A stretch of DNA of 64,000 nt, taken from the NCBI GenBank assembly GCA_051530055.1, contig CM121341.1:17214784-17278783 (forward strand). Reading direction: 5' to 3'. Source of the stretch: Neoechinorhynchus agilis. Its lineage: Eukaryota > Animalia > Acanthocephala. The notes below the pieces were generated by a model. It saw only the letters and a list, made by a program, of their open reading frames with translations, was not told the origin of the DNA and did not search any database. Numbering within the stretch: the first letter of the stretch is position 1; every line of letters begins with the position of its first letter. This document shows, piece by piece, positions 23,518-36,015 of this stretch. The translations under genes and the position numbers were made by a program.

Positions 23518-26500
23518 TTAGTTGGCTTTTATTAAACAAAACGGACACTAATGATGATTGCACGTGGGAGGTTTTATATCGATGTAGCGCATAAATTAAT
23601 TACGCGGCGTGTTCTACAAAGGAATCGGGAGCCTGGCTAAATGCTATCCCCGCCCGACAATCGGAACTCTTCTAGAGGATTCTACGTTAAGGGTCGCAGT
23701 TTCTTAAAGATTGGGCCAGGATATTTGTATCCCGCATCGCTGTCGCTGCGGATCTATAGTTGAAGCCAATGGCAGACACGGCCTCTGTTGTAAAATGTCC
23801 AGAGGGAGGTTTCCAAGACACTCAGAATTGAACTCAATTTTGAGTAGAGCCCTAGATTCCATCCACATGCCCAATATTTTAGAGCCAAGTAACTTGTGCC
23901 GCCTAGACAGCAAGCGACCTGACGGTGTCACGGTTTTTCCATGGCGGGAGGGGAAGTCTCTTTTATGGGATGCGACTTGCGTGGACACGCTTGCCCCCAT
24001 TAATTTTCAGTTTTCAAAAAAGATCCCTGGAGGTTCAGCGGTCGTAGCTGAGGTCCGAAAACGTACAAAATGCAGAGAGCTTTTAAGGACCTATTATTTC
24101 GTCCCTTTCGCCGTGGAAACGTATGGAGCCTTGGGACCGTCAGCGCTCACTCTCCTCGACGAATTGGGACGAAGGACGAAAAGGATGACGGGGGAACCGC
24201 GTTCTAGAAATTTCCTCGCTCAACGAATCGCAATTGCGATACAGCGAGGGAACGCTGCCAGTATACTGGCAACGTCAAGAAGTTCACAGGAATAAATTAT
24301 AATCGTTGTAAATTACGCGCATCGATCTATATCGCAATTCACATAAACCTTCCGCCGGATTCTTTTCGGAAGCGAGTCGAGCGACGGACCAGCTTTCCGT
24401 TTTCGGATGTCCACGTCGAACCTCGTACCTGCTGCGCAGTATCCGAAGTAGTTTGTTCAGCAGGCTCGTATGAAGTAAGTTGCCCGTCAAGGTTATTTTC
24501 TTTTTCGACATCACATGTAATGTCATTCGGTACCCCACCTTCCGACACTTGAGATTCCTTCACTGTAACGTCCTAAGCGCTCGTATCGCAAGCGGGGGCT
24601 ATTCTTTGTGTAGAGACTGAGTCCTGACGTCCATCAGGGTATTTAACTATACACTATTTTTCATTGGTATCGATCAATTTGGCTTTTTGGACAGAATCTT
24701 CACTTTTCGATTTCGCGGGCCCATTCTTCACCCATACGGATTCTCCAGATCGGAGCCATCTAGGAAGGTTAATTCCAATCGGTACTCTCCTTTCATAGCA
24801 GAACATTCGCTCGTGAGGTGTCTTTCCAGTAGAGGTACAAAACAGCGATCTTAGATTTCCCAGAGCTTGTACCAACGCTTCGTCCCACTTTGTTATTGGC
24901 CAAGACTTGTCGTCCAATGTTAGGAGGATCGTCTTCCAAAGGGTACCATTGAGACGTTCACATTGTCCATTGGCCTGAGGACGATAGGAGGTTGTGTGAC
25001 TTGAGCATATCCTTAGCGAAGTTAGCCAATCGCGTAATGTTCTAGAGGTGAAGCAGGAGCCGCGATCAGAGTGGATAAAGTAGGGACATGCAAAGAGCGA
25101 GAATATTCGTTCGAGGCATAATTTGACGCTGTCAGTCGAGGTGTCCGTACAAGCGAATGCTATAGGGTAACGAGAAAACTCGTCTATTGCCACGAATAAA
25201 TATTTGTATCCGTGCGTTGACGTTGGTAAGGGTCCTTTGAAGTCCACGAGGATTCTCTCCCAGGGCGCCATCGCTTTTATCAATTTCAAGCTCGATTGAG
25301 GTTTGAAAAAGCGAGGTTTCAAGTGGCAGCAAATGGGACATTCTGCAGTGATCTTTCGCACGTCATTCAAATCGAACGGTAAGTTTTGCTGTCGAATGAA
25401 ATGGAGTAGTCTAGTGTTTCCGGGATGGCCGAGAGACCGATGAACGTCTTTTAGTTTATTGAACGATATGTTCATTGACGCACATACATTTCTCGATAGT
25501 GCATCCGCACTCAAATTGTCTTTACCGGGTCGGAATCGGATACTATAGGAGAACATTGATAACTGTAGCTTCCACCGCAAAATCTTGTCGTTCCGGATCT
25601 TCCCGGCGTGTCGTTGATTTAGCATGAAGGAAATGGAACGCTGATCTGTGATAACGGTGAAATGGCGCGTTGAGAGGTAGCACTTCCATTCTCTTATCGA
25701 ATCGACCATGGCTAATGCTTCTTTTTCGATGATATGATAGCGTTTTTCATATTTCGATAATGTTCGACTATAAAACGCTACAGGTCTGTCGTTCTGAAAA
25801 AGGGCCGCCCCTATGGCATTGTCTGACGCATCGCATTCCAGAGTGAATTTTCCATCGTCCTCAATCGCATTCACAGTAGCTTTTTTAATATCTTCCTTCA
25901 AGCTGCGAATGACATCGATTTCTTTGTGATCAAGAGGAAAAGATAAGTCAGCAGCGATTAGCGGTTGTATTTTGGTGGAATAATTAGAAATCCACCGACT
26001 GTAATACGCAAAAAATCCCAATAAACGCCTTAAGGTCGCTTTGTTCTATGGAGTTCGGATTTCGTCCAAGGGTTTAAGCCGCGAAGGATCTGGTTTCAGC
26101 TGTCCTGCGCCGATCTCGTATCCTAATACTCGAATGGTTTCTTTGCAAATCGTACTATTTGCTTCGTTCAACTTCAATCCGGCAAGCGATGTGACTTTTT
26201 TAAAACGGTTTAGATTGACATCGTGTTCTTCACGGGTTTCGCCACATACAATAACGTCGTCCAAATAGGCAAAGGTAGCTTTTAATTCGTTCCCATCGAT
26301 TACGTGGTTCATGAATCTCTGAAAGGCGGCTACTCCATTTGTCACTCCCATGGGGATTCGCGTAAAGCGATAGAGTTTTCTGCAAGCTTCGAAAGCTGTA
26401 AAATTGCGTTCTTTGATCTGTATAGGTACCTGATGGTAAGCGTCTTTTAGGTCTAAATGGCTGAGGTATCTATATTTTGCGATTTCGTTTACAAGAGAGC

Positions 26501-28176
26501 TTAATTTGGGAAGCGGATAAGCGCCCAAGTACGTGAACCTATTTATAGTCTGCGAAAAGTCAACGACAAGTCGCTTTTTCCCATTTTCGCGCTTGACGAC
26601 AATAACTTGGGCTCGCCAAGGTGAGTTCGCGGGTTCTATGACTTGATCCCGCAATAGTCGATTGATTTCTGCACAGATAAACGTTGAATTTTCTTCATTG
26701 TGCTTTCTCGACTTGGTTACGATCGGAGTCGTGTCTTCGCTCAAATTCTCAAAGAGTAGGGGTGAATAGTGAGACTGCTTGGAATTGACCGATGCGATTC
26801 GCAGATCTAACTTTCCATAGTTCCTCCCGGTTTTATCCGCATCTCGGAATGTAAGCAAATAAAAGGTATTCCAAGGATAACGTCGGAACATAAATCGTCT
26901 AATGCAAACAATTTCACGTTCAAATAGTTTCTTTGTTCATACTGTATGTCCACCAGGCATTTTCCCGACACTTTTCGAGACGAATTACCCGCGGCCATCA
27001 GGACGTTGAGATGGTCGCGATCATATCGATGAAGTTTAAAACACTTCCAGTATCCACTAAAGCCGACATTTGACAATTTGAAACATTTATTGAGATTTGA
27101 ACACGTTTGTCGGACTGAGCTTCGAGATTGCTGGTCGCAATAAAAATCGAAGATACGCTTTTATTCTTCAATTTTCCTTTAGTCTTATAAACCCTAGCGA
27201 AGTGGCCCTGCTGGGAGCAGCAATAACAGACGGCCTCTTTCGCCGGGCACTGAAATCGAGGATGCCGTTTAAGTCCAAAGAAATAGCACAGGTTAGTCCC
27301 GTTTCGTGACATTTTCGTTATTTTCGATGGCTGGGTCTTTACGGTTGCGTCACATTCAAGGGTTTCCAAAATGGAATCCGAGCTATAACCAGGCTTGATG
27401 AGCCCGACAGAACCAACCTCGGGTTTATGGTTGAAATGCACCAAACTTTCCACCGCATTCTGCATAGATTTTGAGATCTCGATTGCTCTGTCAAGATCCA
27501 AATGCTCGTTCTCCAAAAGTCTTTGGCGGATAGAGTCAGATCTCATTCCAGCAATGAACGAATCACGAAGGAAATCGTCCCGAGCTTCCTCAGCGGACAC
27601 ATTTTTGAAATGACAATTTTTAGCCAACGATCGGAGGGATTGAATAAATTGGTCGATATCTTCGTTGTCTGCCTGTTTTCGTATGGACAAGAAATACCTG
27701 GCCATGATTTCGTTGCTTTCTTTTAGGAATAAACGATCTAAAGTTTTCAGAGCATCATCTAGAGAGGTCTCCTCTTCGACGAATTCGTAAACGTCCGCGC
27801 CTATGTTCAGAAGTAGAGTGTCGATGGAAACACCTTCATCGATTGATTTCAGAAGGTGTTGGAAATTCCGTCTCCATAACTTGTACTTCTTCAACGCTCC
27901 CTCCTCATGAGGCAATACGTTGAATCGTTCAAGACGCCATGAAGGCTTCGAGATGTTGAGATCGCTCGGTAGCGACAAATTATGGATCACTTCTTGGAAT
28001 CCATATCGGAATTGTTAGTCGTCATAGGAATAGTTTTGTTTAATAAATTGTTAGTTGGCTTTTATTAAACAAAACGGACACTAATGATGGATGCACGCAC
28101 CGCACGCACGTGGGAGGTTTTATATCGATGTAGCGAATAAATTAATTACGCGCATCGATCTATATCGCAATTCACA
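23518..28176 (-). mobile_element. Ty3/gypsy LTR retrotransposon with frameshifted gag-pol
   Basis: Gag with degenerate Zn knuckles, protease LVDTGS, RT YLDD, RNase H (CDASD, FTVITDQ, ADALSR), integrase HHCC plus DDE (VDF, HSDRGS, GQCERLN) in PR-RT-RH-IN order. 128-bp TG..CA LTR at 28049-28176; second LTR at 23518-24343 is interrupted and end-truncated. Confidence 0.93.
23607..24310 (+). mobile_element. 5'-truncated CRE-clade (RLE) non-LTR retrotransposon inside the gypsy LTR
   Basis: CRCG..RHGLCC finger, RPDGVTVFPWREGKSLLWDATCVDTLA, VPFAVETYG, QRIAIAIQRGNA. 9-bp TSD AATTACGCG at 23598-23606 and 24311-24319. Confidence 0.88.
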
Positions 28177-28530
28177 TCAACGATATCAGAAAGGCTCTTC
28201 GGAAATACGAAGTCACTGCGGAGATCTTGTGCTTCATCGGTTGATTACTGAACCAGTGCGATGGTCCCCAAGGCACATTGGAGTTGCGAAATACGGCAGT
28301 GCTTACGCTACCTTGCGTTGACCGTTTAATCAAGACGTCCATGAACGGAATCTCACCTTTGTCATTCTCGTTATTAACTGTCCACTGGATGTACGGATAT
28401 TGACTGTTGAATGCGGCCTTAGGTGATTCGTTGCTGTGGTCAGAACCAATCATAATGAACACACCATTCACGCATAGAAAGTGGACTCTCACTTCCGGAA
28501 GCAGCGAAACTGTCAACCCGAGCCTATTAG
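28177..28530 (-). mobile_element. Penelope-like element, RT C-terminal part
   Basis: FNSQYPYIQWT...GEIPFMDVLIKR...STAVFR...HWFSNQP..HK.SAV...RRAFLI. Confidence 0.8.
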
Positions 28531-28544
28531 ACAAAACATAGAAA

Positions 28545-28630
28545 AGAGCGAGATTTACTCTTTTGAAATATTTCAGTACAATAAAATGATATTTTAACCG
28601 AGTGATTATCTCCACCACGAGTCAAAATTT
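28545..28630 (-). repeat. Dispersed AT-rich repeat, copy 2
   Basis: Reverse complement matches 22677-22756. Confidence 0.65.
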
Positions 28631-28884
28631 TTCACAATTGTTTGAATATTGAACTATTCATGCAACTTTGAAGAAGGCACGATATTGTGCCTCCGCAAGA
28701 TTGCATTTAATAAATTCGTTTAATTTTCCACCGTTATAAACTAGCATTTTCGCAATTGCTAGTAATGCATCCAGTTTTCGAAGCATTTGTATACTTTTGG
28801 TGAGCAATTGAAATCGAATTTTCTTTTGCGACCTACAATGCTTCACGTGCATATTCGCTGCCTAACCAAATCATTAGTGGAATT

Positions 28885-30788
28885 TTGGAAAAAATGCCTG
28901 AAATCATCTGCTTTCAGGAAACAGGTCCATTAAACTTGATATCGTCATCGATATATGAAGAATTCTCTATCAGTCCTTCGGCTCCACGAACAAATGCCTT
29001 CATTGGGTTTACTGGAGGAATGCAAACTTTTATCAAAAAATCTTTAAGCCCTAAACATCGAATATCAATAATAAATGAAATTTTTATGATGCAAATAATT
29101 TCTATGAATAATCCATTATATAGTCGAACTACCTCACATCAACCCTTATTTTTAATTGGAAATACTTATATCCACCCTCGTCATATCTCGAAGTTTGTAA
29201 AACAATTCTATTCATTCATGTCATTCTGGAATTTAGATTTTATTATTGGTGACTTCGAATTATTTAGCCTCATTAAGGGCAGTATTTAAAAACCATCAAT
29301 TTCTTCTACCTCAACTCCCATCCTTTCATAACTATTCTTTGAAAAGACACTCATTCATAGATGGTGCTATAGTTAAAAATCAAGTCTCCTTAGATTTCTC
29401 TCCCATTGTACAAATTCAATCTCAACCGTTGTTAGGACATGACTTGATAATTTTTCACGCATCGGGTTTAACTTTGAAGGACTCGTTTATACTAAATCAA
29501 TCGAATTTAGAGAAATTTAACGAATATATATTAGCTGAGTTAAATAAATCTGACAATATAACTTTATCTTCTTTTAACGATATTGTACTGAGAGGTGCTA
29601 AGCAAAATTTAGTTGTAACGAGGTATATAAGGAAACCACCTAAATATAAAGAAGCTAATTTATTATATAGGAAAGCAATTATTGCTGGGTTGAAGGGTAA
29701 CGTTGAAGGTAAAAAAATGTATATGAAAAATTTTTATATTACAAAATATTTTAAACAAATTGAAAAGGATAGGATGTCCCTCAAAAGTACGAAAAATCTA
29801 TCTAAAGACTTTTGGTCCATTTTTTTAAATAGGAAACCAATAAGTTGGAAGGCTAAGGCTGCAAGCTGGATTGGTGCTACCTCTTATCCATTCGTAATTG
29901 AACAAATTTTGAGATTTCATAATTTTAGCGCACTTGAATCACCACCAATTACGATTTTATGCCAAAAACAATTCAGGTGGAATTTTAAATAAACGGACTT
30001 ACTAGACGCGTGTAAACATAATTCATCCAAAGCTTTTAATAATGCCTCTGTTTCACCTACAATTTTTACTGCAATGAATTATTCGGCTTTTACATAGAGG
30101 CTTCTTATATAAAGTTTTATTTAAGTTTAAGGTTCCCTTGAACCTGATTTATAAGATTCAGCACTTTGTTGAATCAAAACAATATTATTATGATGTAGAT
30201 CCATCATGTACAAAATTCTATTATAGATTTGGCGTACCTCAAGGCTCACCCATTTCTCCTACACTTTTTCTTATAGTCACTATTTTTATTTTTAAAAGTA
30301 TGGAACACTCACGAATTATTCATCCGCTGATTTATGCGGATAACATTTTTTTATTCTGTTCTGCTAGGCTTAGATCGACATTGCTGGAAAAAATGACGCA
30401 TTTTTTAAATGAACTATCTGTGAAATTAAAAGAAGCGAATTTGGTAATTAATTTAAAAAAATCATGCATCATTCCTTTGACTAAGTCACGTTTACCAAGG
30501 AAATCTTTGGTTACCCTATTAAATACGTCTCCGTTTTATAAATTTATGGCCATCAAAAAACACACTCGGCTCTTGGGAGTTGACTTTCCTGCATTAAATA
30601 ATAGATTCTTTATAAATACACATTTTAAGAATACAATGATTAAAATTAAAGCGGTCACTATGAGATATAAGCATTTGCTTATTAACAAGAAAACAGTTTA
30701 CAGCATCCTTGAAACCATAATAGGAGGGTCCCTTTGTTTTTTCGAAAGAGGCCGTCCACCCGAATGTAGATACAAGTTTTTTTATTAA
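28885..30788 (+). mobile_element. Degenerate APE-endonuclease/RT non-LTR retrotransposon
   Basis: IICFQET, LIGNTY, IIGDF, SFID (APE); GVPQGSPISPTLF, IYADN, LLGVDF (RT). Frameshifted, with early RT domains apparently missing. Confidence 0.75.
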
Positions 30789-31974
30789 ATTTCATGATAA
30801 ACTGAAAAAGTTATTGGATAATTTGGAACTAGATTTTGCACCTCTTAACTCTTTTTTCATTAAATTATTTTTTACAAAAATGTGGTTTTATAATCCTGCA
30901 CTTAGAAATTGTAAGTATGTGAGGGTTGGGGTTCTTGCTTTTAGATTTCAATACGGTGAGGACCCATCCAAGAATGGGCAAAACGAACAGATTTACCGAT
31001 TAACAAAACTCACAAATGGAGGGATGGTGATATTTAGATGTTTATTGAATGGAATAGAGGAAAAGACTATAAAAAATATATAATAAGCACAGGAATTTAA
31101 AAACAATGGCTAATAAACAGATGCGGAGGGATCTGATCAATCCAACACTCAGCCTAAGTTGAAATCAGCCAGATGTGAATATACAAGAACGAATAGGAAG
31201 AGGATTTTATTGAACAAATTTCTTACTTAATTGTGAATGTACGAGGCGGCTTAATAAATAATATAAATAAATAAATAAATCCAGTTTTGAAGTGTCGCCA
31301 CGTAATTCGACGTAGCGATAATCGCGGATAAACTAAGTAGAGATAACTGGAAGCTGTGCGTTGACAGTCGACAATCATATCATATTTTTCTCTGCTAATG
31401 TCTTTGAAAAACACGGGTTTTTTCAACAAAAAGATTTTTTCTTTTTCTTAGTTTTGCCATTCCAGATTAAAATTTACAACGTCTGAATTATCCGACTTGA
31501 AATATCGGGGAAATAAATCAGTGAATTTTTAATCCGGGGTAGCAAAACTAAGAAAAAAAGAGTACCTTTTTCCCCTCGAATACAATGATCTAAAACAAAA
31601 AAAGTTCGAAAAACATCCATGCAACCGCTCTGCTGCCGTATGCAACGTTCCCGCCCGTTGAACGGAATTATCTTGCCCTCGAATCGCCGGTGATTCGTCT
31701 GAGTCTCTTGGGCAATTGATAAGTCCTGCAAAGTGGAACCAAACGAAACGAGTGTCTCAACTTAAAATTAGAAATCATTTCCTTGATATCCGCGTGGGCG
31801 GACTTACCAGGTAAGAAGCCGTGGCACCGCGAATCTGTGCAGTTATGCTTTAATGCCTTCGTATATCGAGACCACTTAATTTTGAATGGAGATTGGGTGC
31901 ACTTCGCTAGCGGATGTAATTTTACGACCCTTCCTATTTACTAAAAATATTATTTTTACCAAATTAATTGCAGA

Positions 31975-32590
31975 CTTTTTTTAAGCGTGGAACTTTATTT
32001 TAAATCATGAGATCATTCCCACCACCGCTCTGGATCACTCAGCTGCCGTCCTGGTGTAACGATCGAAAGGACGGATTCCTTCGTTGCACATCCAGACTTA
32101 TGTTTTGTAAGAGGAATGCTCCTGATCTCGGATCGCCAGTGATTCGTCTCAATCTCTTAGACAATTGCTTAACCAGGTCCTGCACCGCGGTACCAAACGA
32201 CCCGAGCGTCTCGACGCCAAAGGGAACAAAATAATGATTTCGACTTAAATCCCTGTATTTTGTCCTTTTGCAGTCCTCAGCGGCGGTTGCTGCTCCCACT
32301 GGTTTAATAGTGGCGAATTTTATGTTGCTGGCTGCGAGCGTGCCCACGAACTTGGCGTCACAGAGAAGGCATTTTCCTTCTCGCCACGGGAATACTGTGG
32401 CACCGTCCGGTCTACGGCCATCGAGTCGGCAAAGATTGCTCGGCTCTAGGATGTTGGGTGCATTCGCAGTATTCAGGGCACCACTAAGAATTGCGTTCAC
32501 TTCGGCGTGCCGTGAGTGCCTTCCGCCTGATTGCCGACCTACGAGACCATGGCGTCCCGATGGTTCCATGGTCGCTCTTGATGAGACTCA
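31975..32590 (-). mobile_element. 5'-truncated CRE-clade RLE retrotransposon
   Basis: RHSRHAEVN, RPDGATVFPWREGKCLL, FVPFGVETLG, FLLQNISLDVQR. Confidence 0.85.
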
Positions 32591-33636
32591 ATGATTTTGA
32601 GGTTTAGTGGCTTTTATAACAGGTAAAAGTGCCGTAGGTGGACCACATCTCTTTCGATTTCCTATATTTAACAATATCAAACGGTCTTAAACCAAGGTCC
32701 TCACGATTTATTGTTAAGAACCCCTCAATGTTGAGACCCTTATTACGTTGAGTGTTTCGCGAAAAGACTCCTGAAAACAACCTCGTAGCCCGTCTCTAAT
32801 AACCAAGTAATGGCCGCCTGTTGCTAGGAGCAAAATTTCCTATGGGATACCGTGCGTCACCATTGGGTAGAGTAAGGTTGAGGCTTATTTGAAAACGAGT
32901 CCGGCCCGAACTTGATGAGAGCTGTGTCACTTTGATTTCTTGCTTTCATAATTTACGTGCTATAGCGAGAAAGTAAACGAAGCTTACGAAATTGGTATCG
33001 CTGTTCGTGGCCAGGATTTCGCTAAGTTCAAACAGGAAAATACTACGAATAGGAACCTAAAATATGACCGTTACACCGTTGAAAAAGCTGTATGTTCAAT
33101 TCACTAAGTTTAAACTTTCTGCATAGCTTTATTCCACTGCATAGTAGTTGGTCGTTCCCAAATGCAGTTTCGGTGGCAATGGAAAGATTGATTTGGCCAC
33201 ATTTCCTTCCCAGACAAAAATCAAGGTAGGATGTCTTATTCCAGTAGGAAAAGGTGGGATAGAGTTTAGAGATAAGTTGGTGGGAAATAGAACTACCACT
33301 TTCAGTGATCTCTGAGTTAGATCCTCCTCGTCCGGTAAATTTCTCAAAATCTGCTTGGTACCTGTCAAACGAGTGGGTCCTTCTTTGTACTTTAATTAAT
33401 AAAATGTGGATCAACGCCTGAAAAACAAATATTCGTGCAAATTTTGGATCGATTGATCACTTTTCACTGCTAACTCTCGCTGGACCACATTTTCTCAGTT
33501 AACTCTCACGATTTTATTCGGTACTTTTAAACGAAGCAGGTCTCATGTTATCGAGAAGACAGTATTTTTGCCATAACCACGATGCGGATCGTAGAGTATC
33601 CCCTTACACGCACACACAGTTACCTTTTGACACATC

Positions 33637-36015
33637 TCAGTATCCACCGCCACCACTTCCGGATTGTCTACTATATGACTGTGAATAGAAGTGACCAGAA
33701 CTAGAAGAAGCGCCTCCAGTAGCTCCACTTGCTTCTCCTCCAGGGATATACGATCCACTTGGGCCGCCGTGTAAATCTGAACCCTGCTGCTGCAATACAG
33801 CGCTGCCTCTAGTTGCTCCCATTCCAGCGCCACTACTCATGTAACTCGACGATGCTTTTGAAGACGAAGCATACGAATGACCACCAAGTCCTGAAGATGA
33901 CAATCCAGAGAGTACACCAGCGCCACTACCGTAACCAGCGTATCCTCCTGCAGTTCCACCGCTTGTGTAAGTCACGGATCGATTAATGATGTGTGATGAA
34001 CCACCTCCACCCAATGAACCAGAAATCCGTGATAAGGCGGATATTCCTGGAGTGGCAGTGAGGGACCCAGCCAATCGTTCAGTCTCAAGCCTCCTGGCTT
34101 CCTCTTCGACGTGCTCTACAATCTGTCTTAAACCATCGCCACTTGTGCTTCCTTCAAGCAATTCTCGATACTGATTGATCTCATGTTCAAGTGAAGTCTT
34201 CATACTCATCACTTCTTCGTGCTCATGCATTATTGAGTCCAATTTAGCCCTGAGTTCTTCAATCATTGCGTCCTTTTCGGCTACACTTCTACTTCCATCT
34301 TCCTTTTCATTGTTCAACACTATCTGAAGCTCCCTGATTCGGTTATTGAGCTCCTCTTTCCTCGCCCGCATGTGAGCAACTTCATTCTTAGTGGTCAATA
34401 GAGTTGTTCTGAGTTTTTCTTCTTGTACGCGTTGTTGTTCGTATTGCACGGGCATCAAATCCGGTCCTTTGTGCCGCATGACAATCTCATTATATTGCAT
34501 CATGTATCGGTTATGAAGTTCATTTCTCTGTTGTTCAGTCGCGTTTTCATACTCCTCCCGAATCTCACGAATAGCATTCGCTAGCTCATTCCTAAAGAAT
34601 TGAGACGGCTCAAGTCCACCGTCAACGAATGATCTACTCCTGAGTTCATTCAATTCTGCGTCGTGCACTTGGTTCAGCATTTGAAGTTCATCCTCTAATG
34701 CCATCTTCTCGGATTCCAAACAACTCTTTGTAAATATCTCGTTCTGAGTATCATTCTGAACTCGGTTTATCTCAGCCAAAATCCTCTGAACTTCTATTTT
34801 GTATCGTCGAATTTCATCCTCCAGATCAGCAAGACGACGGCGCGTCAGGTTTATTTTAGCTTCATTATCTGCAATCTCACGCTCTATGGCAACACATCTT
34901 TAGTGGCATCGTGCGCACATTTTGTCTATTCGTCTATTAGTAATTTTAAAGAAAAATATCAATGCCATTTTCTTCAGAAACCTGATTTAGATTTTTAACG
35001 TCTATAAAGACATTCAGCAAGTAATTAGGAAAATAATAACCGCTTCTAAAATCGTCAAAGAGAGTCATTGAATTTAAATGTTCGTCGATTTCAGATAGGC
35101 ATCGGGGACTTTTGGCAAATAATAACTGTGTAGAATTTTCCTTGAAGTTTTAACTTACTAAAATTAAATATTTTTCGAATTCAAACTTGCGGTGGGGATA
35201 TAGACATTAAAAAGACTGCTCTTTTCGGTTGCATATGTCATATGGCTAATATCTGATATTATATTTCTTTTATCTATATGAGATAATCTGCCTTATGCTC
35301 TAAAGATGCAGTGCTCTAAGGCCTCAATCTTTTTAAAATCGTCATCTCTACTACCTTCAATTTCTTCATACCTTCTACTGAGAGCATCCCGTTCAGCTTC
35401 GGCTTCCTTAGCTTTCATTTCGGCGTTGGCTCGATCTCGATTGGATGCATCAATGAGTTTTCGGGCTTCGTTCATTTCGATATCGTACATTTCTTTGATT
35501 TTGCTAGACCCATGGCTTGCCCTCTTCTGCAAAGCCTCCAGCTCCAACTGCAATTTCTTATTCTGAGCTTCTAAAAATCGAACCTTTTCGACATATTGAG
35601 CGAATTTGTCGTTTAATTGGGATAATTGGTGCTTCTCACGCATTCGTGTCTCATTAACGGACACAAGGGCTCCTCCGTATTGACCAGCACCACCTGGACG
35701 CATCGGCACTCCCATGGCACCAAATCGTCCGAGTCCTCCAAGAGCTCCACCAGCTCCACTGAATCCACTGGCAGCTCCAAGGAACGCGGCAGGTGTCATA
35801 CCAAAGGAGGCACCACCGGCACCACCTGAATGTACGTAGCTATGGGATACCTTAGTCATAATTGTGGGTCCGACATTAGTTCTGTGAATCACCGTCGTTC
35901 TAGGAGCAATGTTGGATTTATAGTTGGAAGTGAGGGACTTTGAAGTGTATTCTGAAGTGGTAGCTTGTCCAGCCGCTGCTGCAGAGGAGGATGACAGTGA
36001 TCCGTAGCTCATCAT
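33637..36015 (-). CDS. Cytoplasmic intermediate filament protein, long coil 1B, Gly/Ser-rich head and tail
   Basis: Coil 1A LNDKFAQYVEKVRFLEAQN, FFRNELANAIREIREEYE, rod end LEHEINQYRELLEG. Two exons separated by the 34884-35315 insertion; stop TGA ends at 33637. Confidence 0.9.
34890..35313. mobile_element. 424-bp hAT-like non-autonomous element within the IF coding region
   Basis: 8-bp TSD CTCTA(T/A)GG at 34882-34889 and 35314-35321 (nnnTAnnn). Imperfect TIRs CAACACATCTTTAG / CACTGCATCTTTAG. Confidence 0.65.

Noticed and set aside
33043-33414. ORFs downstream of the IF as a lamin-tail exon or alpha-tubulin relic
   Set aside because: Only scattered 3-4 residue similarities in different frames; no convincing motif.
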